Below, in pieces: positions 1 to 13,600 of a DNA stretch of 64,000 nt. Every line of letters starts with the position of its first letter. Positions within the stretch are counted from its first letter, which is position 1. The DNA is from Glaucostegus cemiculus (lineage: Eukaryota), in contig CDPCPM010000471.1 in the NCBI GenBank assembly GCA_976551045.1, positions 2,108,001 through 2,172,000 on the forward strand. The letters run 5' to 3'. The notes under the pieces are model-generated. The model had not been told where the DNA came from. It made no database searches and saw only the letters and a list, made by a program, of their open reading frames with translations. The position numbers were made by a program, and so were the translations under genes.

Positions 1-250
1 AGATCATTTCATCACAACAGTGCATTGAGGTAGTGCAAGGGAAAGCAACAACAGAATGCAGAGTAAAGTGTTACAGCTACAGGGAGAGTGCAGTGCAGGT
101 GGATAATAAGGTGCAAGGTCATAATGAGGTAGATTGTGGGATCAAGAGTCTATCTTATCGTACCTGGGGACCATTCAATAGTCTTATAACAGTGGGATAG
201 AAGCTGTCCTTGAGCCTGGTGGTACATGCTTTCAGGCTTTTGTACCTATA
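1..250 (-). mobile_element. Rex/Babar-like LINE 3' fragment
   Basis: Same family as 62287-62868 ([20 protein letters not shown] plus 3' UTR); boundaries approximate. Confidence 0.75.
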
Positions 251-653
251 CACTTGCAAGCTGGACTAGTGTGTGATTGGAGGGGAACCGGATGTGGTGG
301 TGCTGCCCTGCTTCTGTCCTTCTCAGTGGCAAAGGTCCCAGGTTTGGGACATGCGGTTGGAGCAGCCCAGATGAGCAGATTTAGAAGATGGGACACATTG
401 CAGTTGTGGTCATTGGTGGAGGGGGAGTGAATGGTCTACTTGTCCTTGCATTGTGAAGCATCCCAGCTGTTTTTATTCTGGGGCTTGGTAAGATGATTTT
501 CTGGAACAAAAACCCATCAACACTGAGTGAGGTAATTATTCAAACCCCCTTTCATCAGAAGGAAGACATACTGTTAATTTGGAAGTGGATCATTGGAAGT
601 GTTATGAGCCAGGTTGCTATTTGGTGAATATCCCTTTAAGGCACCTGGATTGT

Positions 654-907
654 NNNNNNNNNNNNNNNNNNNNNNNNNNNNNNNNNNNNNNNNNNNNNNN
701 NNNNNNNNNNNNNNNNNNNNNNNNNNNNNNNNNNNNNNNNNNNNNNNNNNNNNNNNNNNNNNNNNNNNNNNNNNNNNNNNNNNNNNNNNNNNNNNNNNNN
801 NNNNNNNNNNNNNNNNNNNNNNNNNNNNNNNNNNNNNNNNNNNNNNNNNNNNNNNNNNNNNNNNNNNNNNNNNNNNNNNNNNNNNNNNNNNNNNNNNNNN
901 NNNNNNN
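654..907. other. Assembly gap (254 N)
   Basis: N run. Confidence 1.
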
Positions 908-1587
908 TTATCTCCAAGACAGCAAGACTATAACAACATGCTGGCTGTTTTGGGGAGGGAGGGGGAGAGGGAGGGGGTCTCCATATCACTGGATGAAGAA
1001 CAATAGCTGTGTCTGTCACTACAATCCATGTATGGAATTTTTGGAGCAATCAAGTGGAGTCCACTCTGTCATTAACCTGTAGAGGGAAACAGGTATTTCT
1101 GTGGGTGGCCACGTATCGAATGCCCTCGGGGTGACAGATACTTCGGAACAAAGCAGTGGAGCTCATTGGAGATTGAGGTGTCGTATGGGTTCCATCGTAG
1201 AACATGTGGGTTTCGTAATTTCTCTCTACATTTTCTCTTCAGTCGGTGGCTTTGCAAAAACCTTTGCTCACGTTTCACCTGATGACTTGCTGAATTGAAC
1301 TTTGAGAACCATTCCTAGACTTGGGGTTTGGGAATTTGCCACACACACACTTTGAGTTTATTAGTTTTGGGGATTATGTTTGATATCTAACATTTTTACC
1401 CTTCTTATTATCACAAGTAGTTATTAATAAAAGAGTTTCTAACACTTATACATGTCTCATTGTGTTTCTATTGTTGCTGGTACGTGACAAGTAGTATTAC
1501 AATGGTATGACCAGAAGAGATGCACAATAGGATTATATATTGCTGTAAAACTGTACCACAGCAAACCCCACCGTGGTAACCTCGTAC

Positions 1588-1697
1588 CTTCTCTCCACCA
1601 CCTCCTGAATGTTCTCTATCCCGATGGCACTGCTGCGTCGAGAGCTGAAAGGCCCAGATTTTTTCCTTGTCGGACTCTTCCCGGGGATAATCAAGGA
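1588..1697 (-). CDS. RAP1GAP: RAP1GAP exon, [36 protein letters not shown]
   Basis: ttttcacag|TCC...AGAAG|gtacga; 110 nt, phase 0-2. Confidence 0.96.
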
Positions 1698-4600
1698 CTG
1701 TGAAAACATACTGAATTGTCACCTAGGAAGACTCAGTTAACTGACTGTGTTTATACTGCGCCATTTCGCACAGCTGCTCTCTGCAGCACACACTCACATA
1801 CATCATGGTTCTAAGTCAACAGGTTAAATGTGGGAACTTACTAAGCAGAAGGGTGAGCAGAAATATGTGAAGAATCTACACAAACCTCTCCTAACACTGC
1901 ACTCTAATCACGGCAATGACATATTTAAACAGCCAAGCTGGGCTCAATGGGCCAGTAGAGGCATTGTGGATGCACTGTTCTGTGATGGGTGTGAGTGAAC
2001 GAGTGATTAAGGCATCACGTGACATGCTTCCCTGCTCTTTCAATGGGCAGTATTTACTACTGGCAGAACAGAAGTTTACACGCACATTGATCAACCAAAA
2101 GATTTCTAACATTGGATTAAAACTAGTGGAAAAAAAATCAAATTCAATTGTTGGCAACATTTAATTCTTTAGTAATTATCATATTCCAGTCCTTTGGGAT
2201 CTTGCTGGAAACCTTAATTATTCCAATTAAAACTGATCATACTTTCCTCTTTCTTTCTCATCTCACAACAGCTGTAGCTTTAACCATTCGGCCCTTGGAT
2301 CCTGCCGCACCATTCAGTATGATCATAGCTGACCTATCTTGGCCTCGGTTTCCTACCTGTTCCCTAAATCCTCCAGTCCCCTACAGCCTTCAATCTGTCT
2401 ATCTCACCTTGAATTCAGTGATGTTCTCTCCACAGTTCTCTGCAGAAGAAAATTCCAAAGATTGATGACTAACAGAGAAGAAATTGCTCCTTGTTTACAT
2501 TTTTGATGGACAACACCTTGTTCTCATCTCTGTCCCCTGGTTATAAATCACCCCCACAAGAGGAAGGATTATCCTGCCAATCCCCTCAGTATCTTACATT
2601 TCAATAATACGACTTCTTGTTCTTCTACACTCCAGTGAGTATAGGCTCAACTTGCCGAACCTTACCTCATGTGACAATCCCATCCTCCCAGGAATCAACT
2701 TTGTGAATGTTCTCTGTACTGCTTCCAGTGAAAATACATCACTCCTTAAATAAGGAGATCGAAACTGTAACAAGCACTCCAGATGTGGTCTCACCACAGC
2801 TGCAAAAGATTTCCTTGCTTTTATATTAATCCCCCTTACAATAAGACCAACATTGTCTTCCTAAACACTTGCTATCATTACGACCCCCAGATCCCCTTTA
2901 TGGCTGTGTCCTAGAGTCTTTCTCCTATTAACCAACATTCTGCTTTTCTGTTCTTCCTACCCAGGTGGATAACTTCACATTTTCCCACATTATACTTCAT
3001 TCATCAAGTTTTTAACCCTCTCATTTAGCTTATCTGCATCCTTTTGAAGATTTTCTGTCTTTCTCACAACTTGTTTTCCCTCCTTTCTTTGCATTGTCAA
3101 CGAATTTGGTCACAGAACATTTGGTCTCTTCATCAGCATCACTAATGTAACTTGTAAGTAGCTGAGGCCTCATCACTAATCTCCATGGCATCCCTTTCGA
3201 TGCAGTTTCAACTTTCCTGGGGTTGGTTGACCTGCTGCCAATATCATCCTAGTGGGTGTTAGCAGCAGACCACCAAACCACCAGTCCACCCAGAAGTTGT
3301 GGAGCTCAATGTTAATCACGGTGATATCCAACTCCTGGTACATCTGGTCTGGGCAATGCATAAATATCTTTTCCCAAATCTGCTTTCTCCATCATCTTCC
3401 CCTACTTATAAAAAGTGGTTTAGCGTTCCTGAACTCTCTTCATGAAAATCGGTCCCAGAATAGTTCTAGGGAAGAATGGACCATTATTTCTTAGTCTGAA
3501 TACAATTTCCACACTACAAGGTAATCCAATGAAGTATCCAACCAACTCTACGTCACAGGATCAACAAATCAAGTTTAAGAAAATACAGGGCTGTGACTAA
3601 TGTCTGGAATCCATTCCTAGTGGCATTCCACAACATGAAGCAATGTGGTAAAGTTGGCTGATTACAATAATGCTCTAGTAATTAGTAATTTTTTTCTCAA
3701 GAATTCAGGTTACTCTTTCTAAAATAACTCTTTTGAAGAAAATCTAGCAAATATTGGCATTTTAACAAATCTCCCTTTAGCTTCACTTTTGCAGAACGGT
3801 GAACTATAATCTGATTGTGCAGACATTCTGCAGTCATGAGTCAAACAACGCAGGCCACCCTGTCTTGTAATTGGTGCAGGAAGGAGTGTGCACCAGCTAC
3901 TCCACTGGAAATATCCTCCGGTTAGTGTGTGGGTCTGTTGACTTAAATCCATCAGGATGTGTGAAAAACAGAAGATCAGCAAACTTGACACGGCTCAATG
4001 TACGATCTCTGAATCTGCTAGGAAAAACGCTTAGCAATTACCCGCATAAAGGCACCTACCCTCTATTTAGTCACTTGACATTGATAACGAATTGTAAATA
4101 AATTATCAGAGGAACAAAAGAACAAAGTACAAGTTCAAACTATAGGCACTTCAAGCCTGCTCTGCCATTTAATATGACCAGGGTTGACCCGATCTTGGCC
4201 CCAGCTCCATGTTCCTGCCTGATCCGCATAACCCTCGACTTCCCTGTGGTCCAAAAATCTGTCTTGTTAACCTTCAATATATCTAATGGCTGGGCCCCCA
4301 CAGCTCTTCAGGGTATGGACGTTTCACGGTCCCCTGAGAGAAATCCCTTACCACTTCTGTTTTAAATGGGCAGTTCTGTATTCTGAGACTTTGCCCCACC
4401 AATTCTAGATAACCTTACTATGGAAGTATCCTCCTAACATCTACTTTGTCAGAATCTGTTGCGTTTCCTTCACCTCTAAGCTTCAGTATGTGTAAGCTCC
4501 ATCTCAATCTTTCCTCGTAAGACAACCTCTTCTTCCCAGTAATCATCCTGGTGAACTGCCTCCAGTGCAAGGACACCCCTTCTTGTGAGTAATATCATGT

Positions 4601-7600
4601 GTATATTATCTCCCATGATTTACAACAAGAACCATGTATTTTAATGTTTGTATATATACCATTATTCATTCATACTTAAATTAACATTAGCTAATAGTAA
4701 CAAACTAGCATTTATTAAATAAAAATTCATGTATTTACTGTTACATTCATTACATTAAAGCCCAAATAACATATTGCAGTTAAATCATATCATAAAATAA
4801 TCAGATCATGCAGTGATTAGCAAATCATTACACTTTGATTCAAACATTTACTTGAAGGTGTGCTTTCAGACAACAGCAGCCCAGTGACAGTGTATGAGAC
4901 ACAACCGTATTGCTAAACCACTGTACGTTGGCGATACAATCATGCAGTCTGTGGCTGTGCCATGTACCACAGCACTGGGCTCCCAGTCCTCCTCTGCAGC
5001 TGCCAAGTGGCAGTTTCCTGGCATTGACCGGTCAGAAGCGGTAAATAGAGTTTCAGCACTTGCCAAAAGGCAGGGAAAACAGACGGTTCCTGATATCAGC
5101 AAATTGTCGACCTGGTATGCCTATAATATTATAGGGCACTGGTGAAGCCAGACAGCTGCTCACTGCTCTAATAGGCACTGGATTAAACACCAGAGCAGGC
5201 AGACAGAGGAAGACAACAAGTGAAGCTGGGGAGATGTTCCTGGATCTGGGATTAGGCTCACTGGATATTCCCTGACCACAGACAATATGGGAAAGCTGAT
5301 GGAATTCTACATGCCTGAGACTCAGACCCTTTTTTTTCCCAGAAATCCAGACTCAGGAAGATCCCACTTGGGCTAGATACCATCACACTATCTGGCTGTT
5401 CCCAAGTCTTGTGAACAGTAGTTTAGCAAAGTTGTTACCAAAACAGTCACTATTTAAACAATGCATCGGAACATCTCATAGTAATCAGTTACTAGGACCA
5501 TAACTCATTAATCTTGATTGTTATTGAGATTAGGTCATGCACAAAGCAAACTTATTTTAACTTATGCATTCATGACTATTAACCCAATTCATATTTACAA
5601 GCCATCTGTTCAAACTGCCACACATCTGATTTTGTTTCCTCCATTTAATGCTTCTAGTTTGTAAATCTTTGCTTATTTTTCACAAAGCATTGAAATACGG
5701 GCTGCGAGGTCAGTGGTGAGGCAATAGGAAGAGATGCTTGGATTTCCAAACAACCAAAAACACTTGCTCCAATAAAAGCTGTGGAGACATGCAGGAGACT
5801 TAAATCAGGGACCATGCAATGAGCGTCACATTAGGAGCAGGAGTGAACTGGAGAGAAGAAAGTGAGTGTAAAGCATAAACCTCTTCTATTGTTCCTATGC
5901 CTATAGCACTGCCTCGACGTCCATGCTTACTTGGGCTTTTTCCGGGCACAAGCAATGACTAAGGGAAAGGAGAAAATACAAAATGAATCATGCACAGCTT
6001 TCTCACAGTAACAACTTATGATGATTAACAAGAATGAGGCCGTGATGTGAAGATAACGGGACAGGGAATGAAATTCACCCAAAGAAATGAATGAATCTTT
6101 GGAGCTGGGGACAGGACACAGGGCTTTTATATCCAAAATAATGCTGCCAGAAGTTCCAAAACACCTTTAGTTCTTCTTAAAAAAAGAAAAGCTGTTTATT
6201 ATTCTTAACAGAAAATGCTGGAAACTCTCAGCAGGTCAGGCAGTACAAGTGGAATGAGAAACAGTGTTAATGTTTTAGGTTTGAGGCCGCTCATCAGAAC
6301 ACTCTGTTTTTATTTCAGATTTGCAGTACCCACAGTTTTTTCTTTACTTTCAATTGACTCGTTCCCTGTGCCAGTCAAAGGGACAGAGGACAAGTTATAG
6401 GCTCTTCATCCAGGCTGCAGCTCACAGTGTTGTGTGGTCACCTGGTGATGAAACGAAGTCAGTCCTGAAAAATGCAAAGGTCTCCACTTGGAATTTGCTT
6501 AAAGCAGAGAGCAGAGAGTACTGTCACAGCAGGATCCCACATACATCCTGCACTTCACACACCTGTGAGTACAGCAATGATATTATTTACTTACTTACGC
6601 ACTACTGCACAAAGTACAACTCTGCAATAATGCTAATGCACTGAAGACCCAATGGACGAGAAGTGAAACTTCACCTTCAGCTCTTACAGAAGACTCATGA
6701 TTGACACCTTACTGAAGATTGCTGTGCAGTCTCCCCCCAGCTTACACTTGGGGAGTAATCGCATTGATTTCACAGTCTTGCCATCCGGCAGGATTTGTAC
6801 TGCACAATTTGATTTCAGAATGGGCGTTGAGAGATTTCTAATTCGGAAATGGAAGGCCAAGTTTCTTTACACATCTTCTCACTGCTGACTTTGAAGTGGG
6901 GAAATTTGCCCAGATATTTCAGATCTCCCTCCTCTGATGCATTAAACTGGTCTTAATGTCCCCACACCTCCACGTTATTGTCCACCTTGACTTAGTTTTG
7001 CCCCACGAGTGGCCCCACACCACAGTGTAAGGAATGGGGTGATCAGTGAAGGCAGAGATCACTGCTCTGAGGTACTTGGTATATAAAGGCTGCAGTCACC
7101 AAAGGGACAAGCAGTGAAGAGGTTTCAGATACCCTGAGTACTGGAAACCAAGGCTGGCAGACACTGTATGCAAGACATAGTGGAAACCCTGAGGTTGATG
7201 CTCCATAACTGATCTGACCAAGTTACTTCTAGTCCTTGTGAGTGTTCTACAAAGCTGGTTACACACAGTCATGCATGTCAGTGGTGGGGAGGGAGAAAAG
7301 TGTTGAATTAATGCCATGAAGATGTCAACTGTGCAAGGATGAATTACACCCGGAGGTATCCGGGTCAAATTACTGATGACCAATATTTCATCCTGAAGTG
7401 ATTGCCAGTGCAATCTAATGTGGGTAACATCATTTTTATTTGTGAGCTGCACAGGAAAAGCAAGTCCAGAGGATGCAATGTCAAGGCTACTCAATTTTGT
7501 TTTCACTGGATTGTCATCACCAGCAAAGTTCACTGAACTCGCGCACTGCTGTGATACCTTCGTCTATTCTCCACCTGGTTTGGGATTTGGGAAGGATTTG

Positions 7601-10600
7601 GGAAGGAAATCCGAACTCTCTCTTTCACAGTGGGAACATGAGTGTGGAGCAATCAAAGAAACTGGTACCACAACTCCCTCATGTAACATCACAGCAACAG
7701 AGAGAGAGTTGGATGTCGACCAAATGGACACCAGTGCTGAATTCATACTTGGCACTACACTCAGAGCAGCTAGTCAGTACCACAACAGGCAGCATTTGTT
7801 CTTTACTTCCCTTTAGAGACACAAGATATGAAAATTTTATCTAGCCACATCCTGGATCTCAAAGAAATAGCATCCTCCAAAAACCTTCAGGACACCCCAA
7901 TGACTTATTTAACATCGACTGCTTTTTAAAGTTGCTGAGCAACTTTTTCTAATTAGACTGAAAGAGAAAGTCAATGGTAAATGGTTGATTGTGCTCTAAC
8001 TTTGATTCCCTAGAAACCTATGACCAATGTATGATCCCAGCTACGTCTGGGCAGACCTTATCAAGGCCCTGACTAGTATTCCCATTATCAATGGGATCTA
8101 TAGTACTTGGAAATAAAAAAAACACCTTGACAAGGAGTCTAAATTAAGAGGTGGGTAATTAGGAGTCTCCCCCTTGGAGATATGACCCTACATACCCAAT
8201 TTTCCTTTCAGATAGGTCAAAAGGGAATTTGACCTCAGACTTGCTCTAATAAAAGAGACAAGTTGACAAACTCACTCCCTGCCCCACAAAGATTCATTTT
8301 CATTTATTGTGCTGTTGTCCCAAACTCCAGGAAAACAAATTAAGGATAATCTTATTTAGACCTTGTGATCAGCTAGGGTAGGACTTGGCTTGCTTTGATT
8401 CTTTTACTCGCTGTTAGAATCCAAGTAGTTACTGCCCCTCCATTTCAGTGCCCAGGGCTGAACTATGGTCATGGGACAAATTCACTTCACCTCCCCCATT
8501 TTAATCTGATCATCCTAGTGTAGCAGCCTGGAGCCCTTTTCAAAAGTAACTGTTGGTCAGATGAGAAGAGGCAAGAGAGGAGACTGCTGGGGCCTTGACA
8601 GAGATCTTTGCACCGTCTTTAGCCACAGGTAAGGTCCCAGAAGACTGGAGAATAACCAATGATGTTCCTTTGTTTAAGAAGGGTATAGAGACAAACCAGG
8701 AAATGATAGAAATGATTCCCCATCAGTTGTGGGGAAATTATTGAAGATCCTTAGGGGGAACTTCTTCTCTCAGACAGTGGTGGGAGAGTATGGAACGGGA
8801 TGCCATCTGATGTAGTAAATGTGGGCTCACTCTTAAGTTTTAAGAATAAATTGGATAGATACATGGATGGGAGAGGTCTGGATGGTTAGGGACTAGGTGT
8901 AGTTAAGTGGGACTAGCGGAATAACGTTTCAGCACAGAATAGGAGGGTCAAATGGCCTGTTTTCTGTGCTGTAGTGTTCTGTGGTTCTATGGATAGGATG
9001 TCACAAAAATTGGAGGAGTTGTGGATTGTGAGGAAGGTTGTCAAAGGATTCAGCAGGATATAGATCAGTTGGAAATGTAGACAGAAAAATGGCAGATGGA
9101 CTTTTATCCAGACAAGTGTGAGGTGTTGCACTTTTGGAGGTTAAATGTAAGAGGAAAGTATATTGTAAATGGCAAGACTGTTAGGAGCATCAATATACAG
9201 ACCTATCTTGAGGTGCAAGTCCATAAGCTCCCTGAAAGAGGTAACTCAAGAGGACTGGGTGGTGAAGGTAGTGTACAGCATGCTTACCTTCATCGATTGG
9301 GAAGATCAGCTGTATAAAACTTCATTTAGGCCACATTTGCATAATTGTGTGTAGTTCTGGTCGTTGCATTACAGGAAGGATGTGGAGGCTTTGGAGAGGG
9401 TGCAGAACAGGTCTACCAGGATGTTGCCTGGATTAGAGGTTATTAGCTACAGGGAGAGGTTGGACAAACTTGGATTCTTTTCTCTGGACTACCAGGGGCT
9501 GAGGGAAGAGCTGATAGAAGTATATAAAATTATGAGAGGCGTAGATAGGGTAGATAGTCAAAGACTTTTTCCCAGGATGGAAATGTCAAATACAAGAGTG
9601 CATAGTTTAAGGTGAGAGAGAGAGAGGAAGTTTAGAGTGGTGGGTGCCTGGAACACGCTGCCAGGGGAGGTGGTGGAAGCGTATACGATAGCAATGTTTA
9701 AGAGGAACTTAGACACATGAACAGGCAGGGAATGTGGAGATACAGACCACACGCAGGCAGGTGGGATTCATTTAAATTGGCATCATGATGGGCACAGACA
9801 TCATTGGCCAAAGGTCCTGTTCCTGTGCTGTATCACTGTATGTTCTTAAGAGCTACTAAGCATTTGGTAAAACTTTTGATGAAATCATCTTCTAAAAATA
9901 AAATGATTTTGTCAGAATGTATTAAAAAAATATCCTTTAAGGTGCTGCACAGCTTTGGTGGTAAATGTCCATCCCAGGAGTTAAGCGAGAATCAATTGGG
10001 AATTAACCCAATAACTGGCCAAGTTTAGTTTGGAAACAATGCAGTAAGAATCTGTTTCCAGTTCCTGGCCGTGGCACACCATATCAGCCCAAGCCCACTT
10101 ACTCTTACTTCTGGATCTGTGCCTTGAACATACTCAACAACCAAGACTCCACAGTTCTGTTGGATAGAGACTTCCAAACACTCAGCCCCACAGGGTGAAG
10201 ACATTTCTTCTCATTTCTGCCCTAAGTGGCCAACCTCTTCTACTGCATCTACTCCGGTCAGGGGGAAAATCAGCCCCACACCCACCCTGTCAAGCCCCAC
10301 AAGAACTTTGAATGTTTCACCAGCCTGAGATTGAGACTGGAGTCTCCTGAGATCCTTGTGCTGCTGTTAGACCAAGTGATATGTTAAAACGTAACTCCAG
10401 CACGTCTTGGCCTGGTGACAAGAAGAGACGGCAGATGCTGGAATCTGGAACAAAAACAAAACAGATGGCTGGAAGAACTCAGCAGGTCGAGCAGCATCTG
10501 TGGAGGCAAAAGGTGTGAGTCAATGTGTCGGGTTAAAAGCCTGCACCAGGACTGAGAGGGAAAAGGAAAGGTTGCCAGTATATTGCAGTACAAGGGGTGG

Positions 10601-13600
10601 GGGGAGAAGAGGGGGGGTGGGTAGGTGATGGGTGAAACTGAGGGGACGGGATGATGAGCAGATGGAGTCAGGTGGGGAGAGGGGGAAGGGAGAGGTGGAC
10701 AAAGGGAGAAGACAGCTGGGTGGACAGGTGAGTGTGAGTGGGAGGAGAACACGTGGGGTGTGAGTTACCTGAGACTGGAACAGTCAACGTTCGTACCATT
10801 GGGTTGGAAGCTACCCAAGTGGAATATGAATTGTTGTTCTTCCGATTTACATTTAGCCTCTCTGTGCCAACGGAGAAGGCCGAGGACAGACAGGTTGCAG
10901 TGGGAATGGGAAGGAGAGTTAACACGACCTGCAACTGGAAGATCGAGAAGGCCGTTGTGGACAGAGTGCAGGCGCTCTGCAACATGGTTGTGTGGCCTGC
11001 GTTTGGTTTCACCGATGTGGACAAGGTCACATCGTGGTCACCGGATGGAGTAAACCAGGATGGAAGAGGTGTGGTGAGCCTCCGCCTCACCTGAAAAAGG
11101 CTGTTGGCCTGTTCTCTGACCATTTATCCAGACCCTTTCCTCACCCACATCTTGCCACAAGATGACTGAAATTAAGAACGCCTTCTTCCTTTCCTTTCAC
11201 GGAGATTAGGGGCGGAGTTAAAGCCAATCAAGTTTGGCACTGTTTTCATTCAACATTCACACCTTCCACCCATCAACAGGCAATCACTCAGTAACAGTTA
11301 TGATTGGTTTCCAACCATCCACAGCCAAGATCAATTCCCAATGCTCCAACTCTCAAGATCCCAAATCTACATCTCCAAGGATTTTTGCAAAACACACACC
11401 TCTCCCCAGGAACAACTCTGCTGGATCAGACTGACAATGTGGTGGAGAATGAATAGTTCAGTCAGGGCAACAGGAGACCTGATAACTGTGACAATACAGA
11501 AGAATTTCAAACAATTTAATGTAATTATTTTGACTCAGGATGGCTGGACAATTGGGAGTGGTTGCTATCTCCTTCGTCTGTGCCCTCTCTGAGCTATTAG
11601 CAGTTCCTCAAGGCTGGGCCCATCTTACGTTGAATGCCTAGCCTGCTGAATGCAAGTTAAGCAGACAGTACTGATTAAGTATTGGGTACGAAACAGTGAT
11701 ATTTACAGATTGTTCTGGTGTCTTCACAACCCAATGTGAAATTCAGAAGATTTTCAGTAAGGAGGCAAGCTCCTTATAGAGTCATAGAGCTAAACAGCAC
11801 AGAAACAGGCCCTTCGGCCCAACTGGTCCATACCGACCAAGATGCTCCATCCAAGCTAGTCCTGTTTGCCAGTATTTGGCCCATAAGCTTCCAAACCTTT
11901 CCAAACCACGTACCCGTCCACTGTCTTTTAAAAGTTGTTATTGTACCTGCCTCGACCACTTCCTCTGGCAGTTCATTCCACATACCACCTTTTGTGCAAA
12001 AAAGTTTCCCTCAAGTTCCTATTAAATCTTTCCCCTCTCACCTTAAACCTGTGCCCTCTAGTTCTCGATTCCCCAACCCTGGGGAAAAGACTGAGTGCAT
12101 TCACCCTATCTGTGCTCCTCATGATTTTATGCACCTCTGTAAGATCACCTCTTAGTCTCTTATGCTCCAAGGAAAAAAGTCCTAGCCTGTCCAGTCTCTC
12201 CCTATAACTCAGTCCCTCAAGTCCCGGTACCATCCTCGTAAATCTTTTCTGCACTTTCTGGTTTAATAGCATCTTTTCTATAGCAGGGTGACTAAAACTG
12301 AACAAAATATTCCAAGTGCAGCCTCACCAGTGTCCTGTACAACTGCACCATGACCTTTCAACTTTTGTACTCAATGCCCTGACTTATGAAGGCCGGCATG
12401 CCAAAAGCCTCCTTCACCACCCTGTCTACCTGTGACTCCACTTTCAATGAACCATGTACTTGTACTCCAAGGGCCCTCTGCTCTACAACACTCCCCAGGG
12501 CCCGACTGTTCACTGTGAAAGTACTACCCTGGATTGGACTTTCCAAAATGCAGCAGCATTTCAGAATGAATTATTTACCATCTTCCAACCTAACTAATTT
12601 GTACACTCAATGTATAAAGGTAGACGCAGGGTTAATCCACATCGTAATACTCAGTTTTTACAATATTATTGTCAACGATGATATTGTATAAAAACAATAT
12701 GTTTGTATCAAAATCCATCCCAAATTCTGAATTGGGGTCAATAACGGTTTTGTTGCAGATGTATTAACTGCTTGTATAAAATTGTCAATGACACTCATTT
12801 CGACCTCGCAGAGGACTAGTGCATCTTGGTTCAACGTTTTCCAAGCCTCTTGCCACTTTACACTGAAGCACATGACATTGTACGGTGTGGTTCCTTGGTT
12901 CAAGCGAGTTCTGCTACAATAAGAGGAGAACGTGCCACTTGCTTGAATTTGTCTCTTGGACTCAGTAAAGGATTAAACATTCACAGATGCGAGGTTTCGA
13001 AGCCGTTGATTTCAGTACTTATAATGCCTTTAGATTTCACTGGCTGATGGGGGCTGGTACTTACAATGCCAGGGGCTTTGATGGTTTCTCCTGTGGTGTG
13101 GGTAAAACTGCCACTGTGACTCGAAGAGACAGTGTTCTGTTTCTTACTGCTGAGACCCATGGCATCCATCGATTGGCTTCGACTTCTAATCACCCGCTGA
13201 ATAAAAAAGGTTTAATCAGTCATGTGTCACGTTTTATGGAATGTTCCGAATTAAATTAAAATGGGTATCAGCAGTCAGAGAACAAGCAACCCATTTAGAG
13301 TCATGGAGTCATACGGCACGGAAACAGGTCCTTTGGCCCAACTGGTCCATTCTAACCAAGATGCCCATTGAAGCCAGTCCCATTTGCCCGTGTTTGATCC
13401 ATCTCCCTCTAAACCTTTCTTATCCATGTACCTGTCCAAATATCTTTTAAAAGTTGTTAATGTACCTGCCTCAATCACTTCCTCTGGTGGCTCACTTCAT
13501 ATGCACACCACCTGTTGTGTAAAAAGCTTGCCCCTCAGGTCCCCTTTAAATCTCCCACCTTAAACCTATGCCCTCTAGCTGTTAATTCCTCAACAATAGG

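Noticed and set aside
950-978. G-run clusters (also about 10590-10690 and 21694-21722) as G-quadruplexes
   Set aside because: Common low-complexity or repeat-derived tracts with no supporting context.
579-1082. ORFs spanning the first N run (similar ones at 40233-40760)
   Set aside because: Artefacts of translating through assembly gaps.
7096-7844. Cluster of overlapping 120-145 aa ORFs on both strands
   Set aside because: No recognisable motif or convincing exon structure; compatible with chance in intronic DNA.
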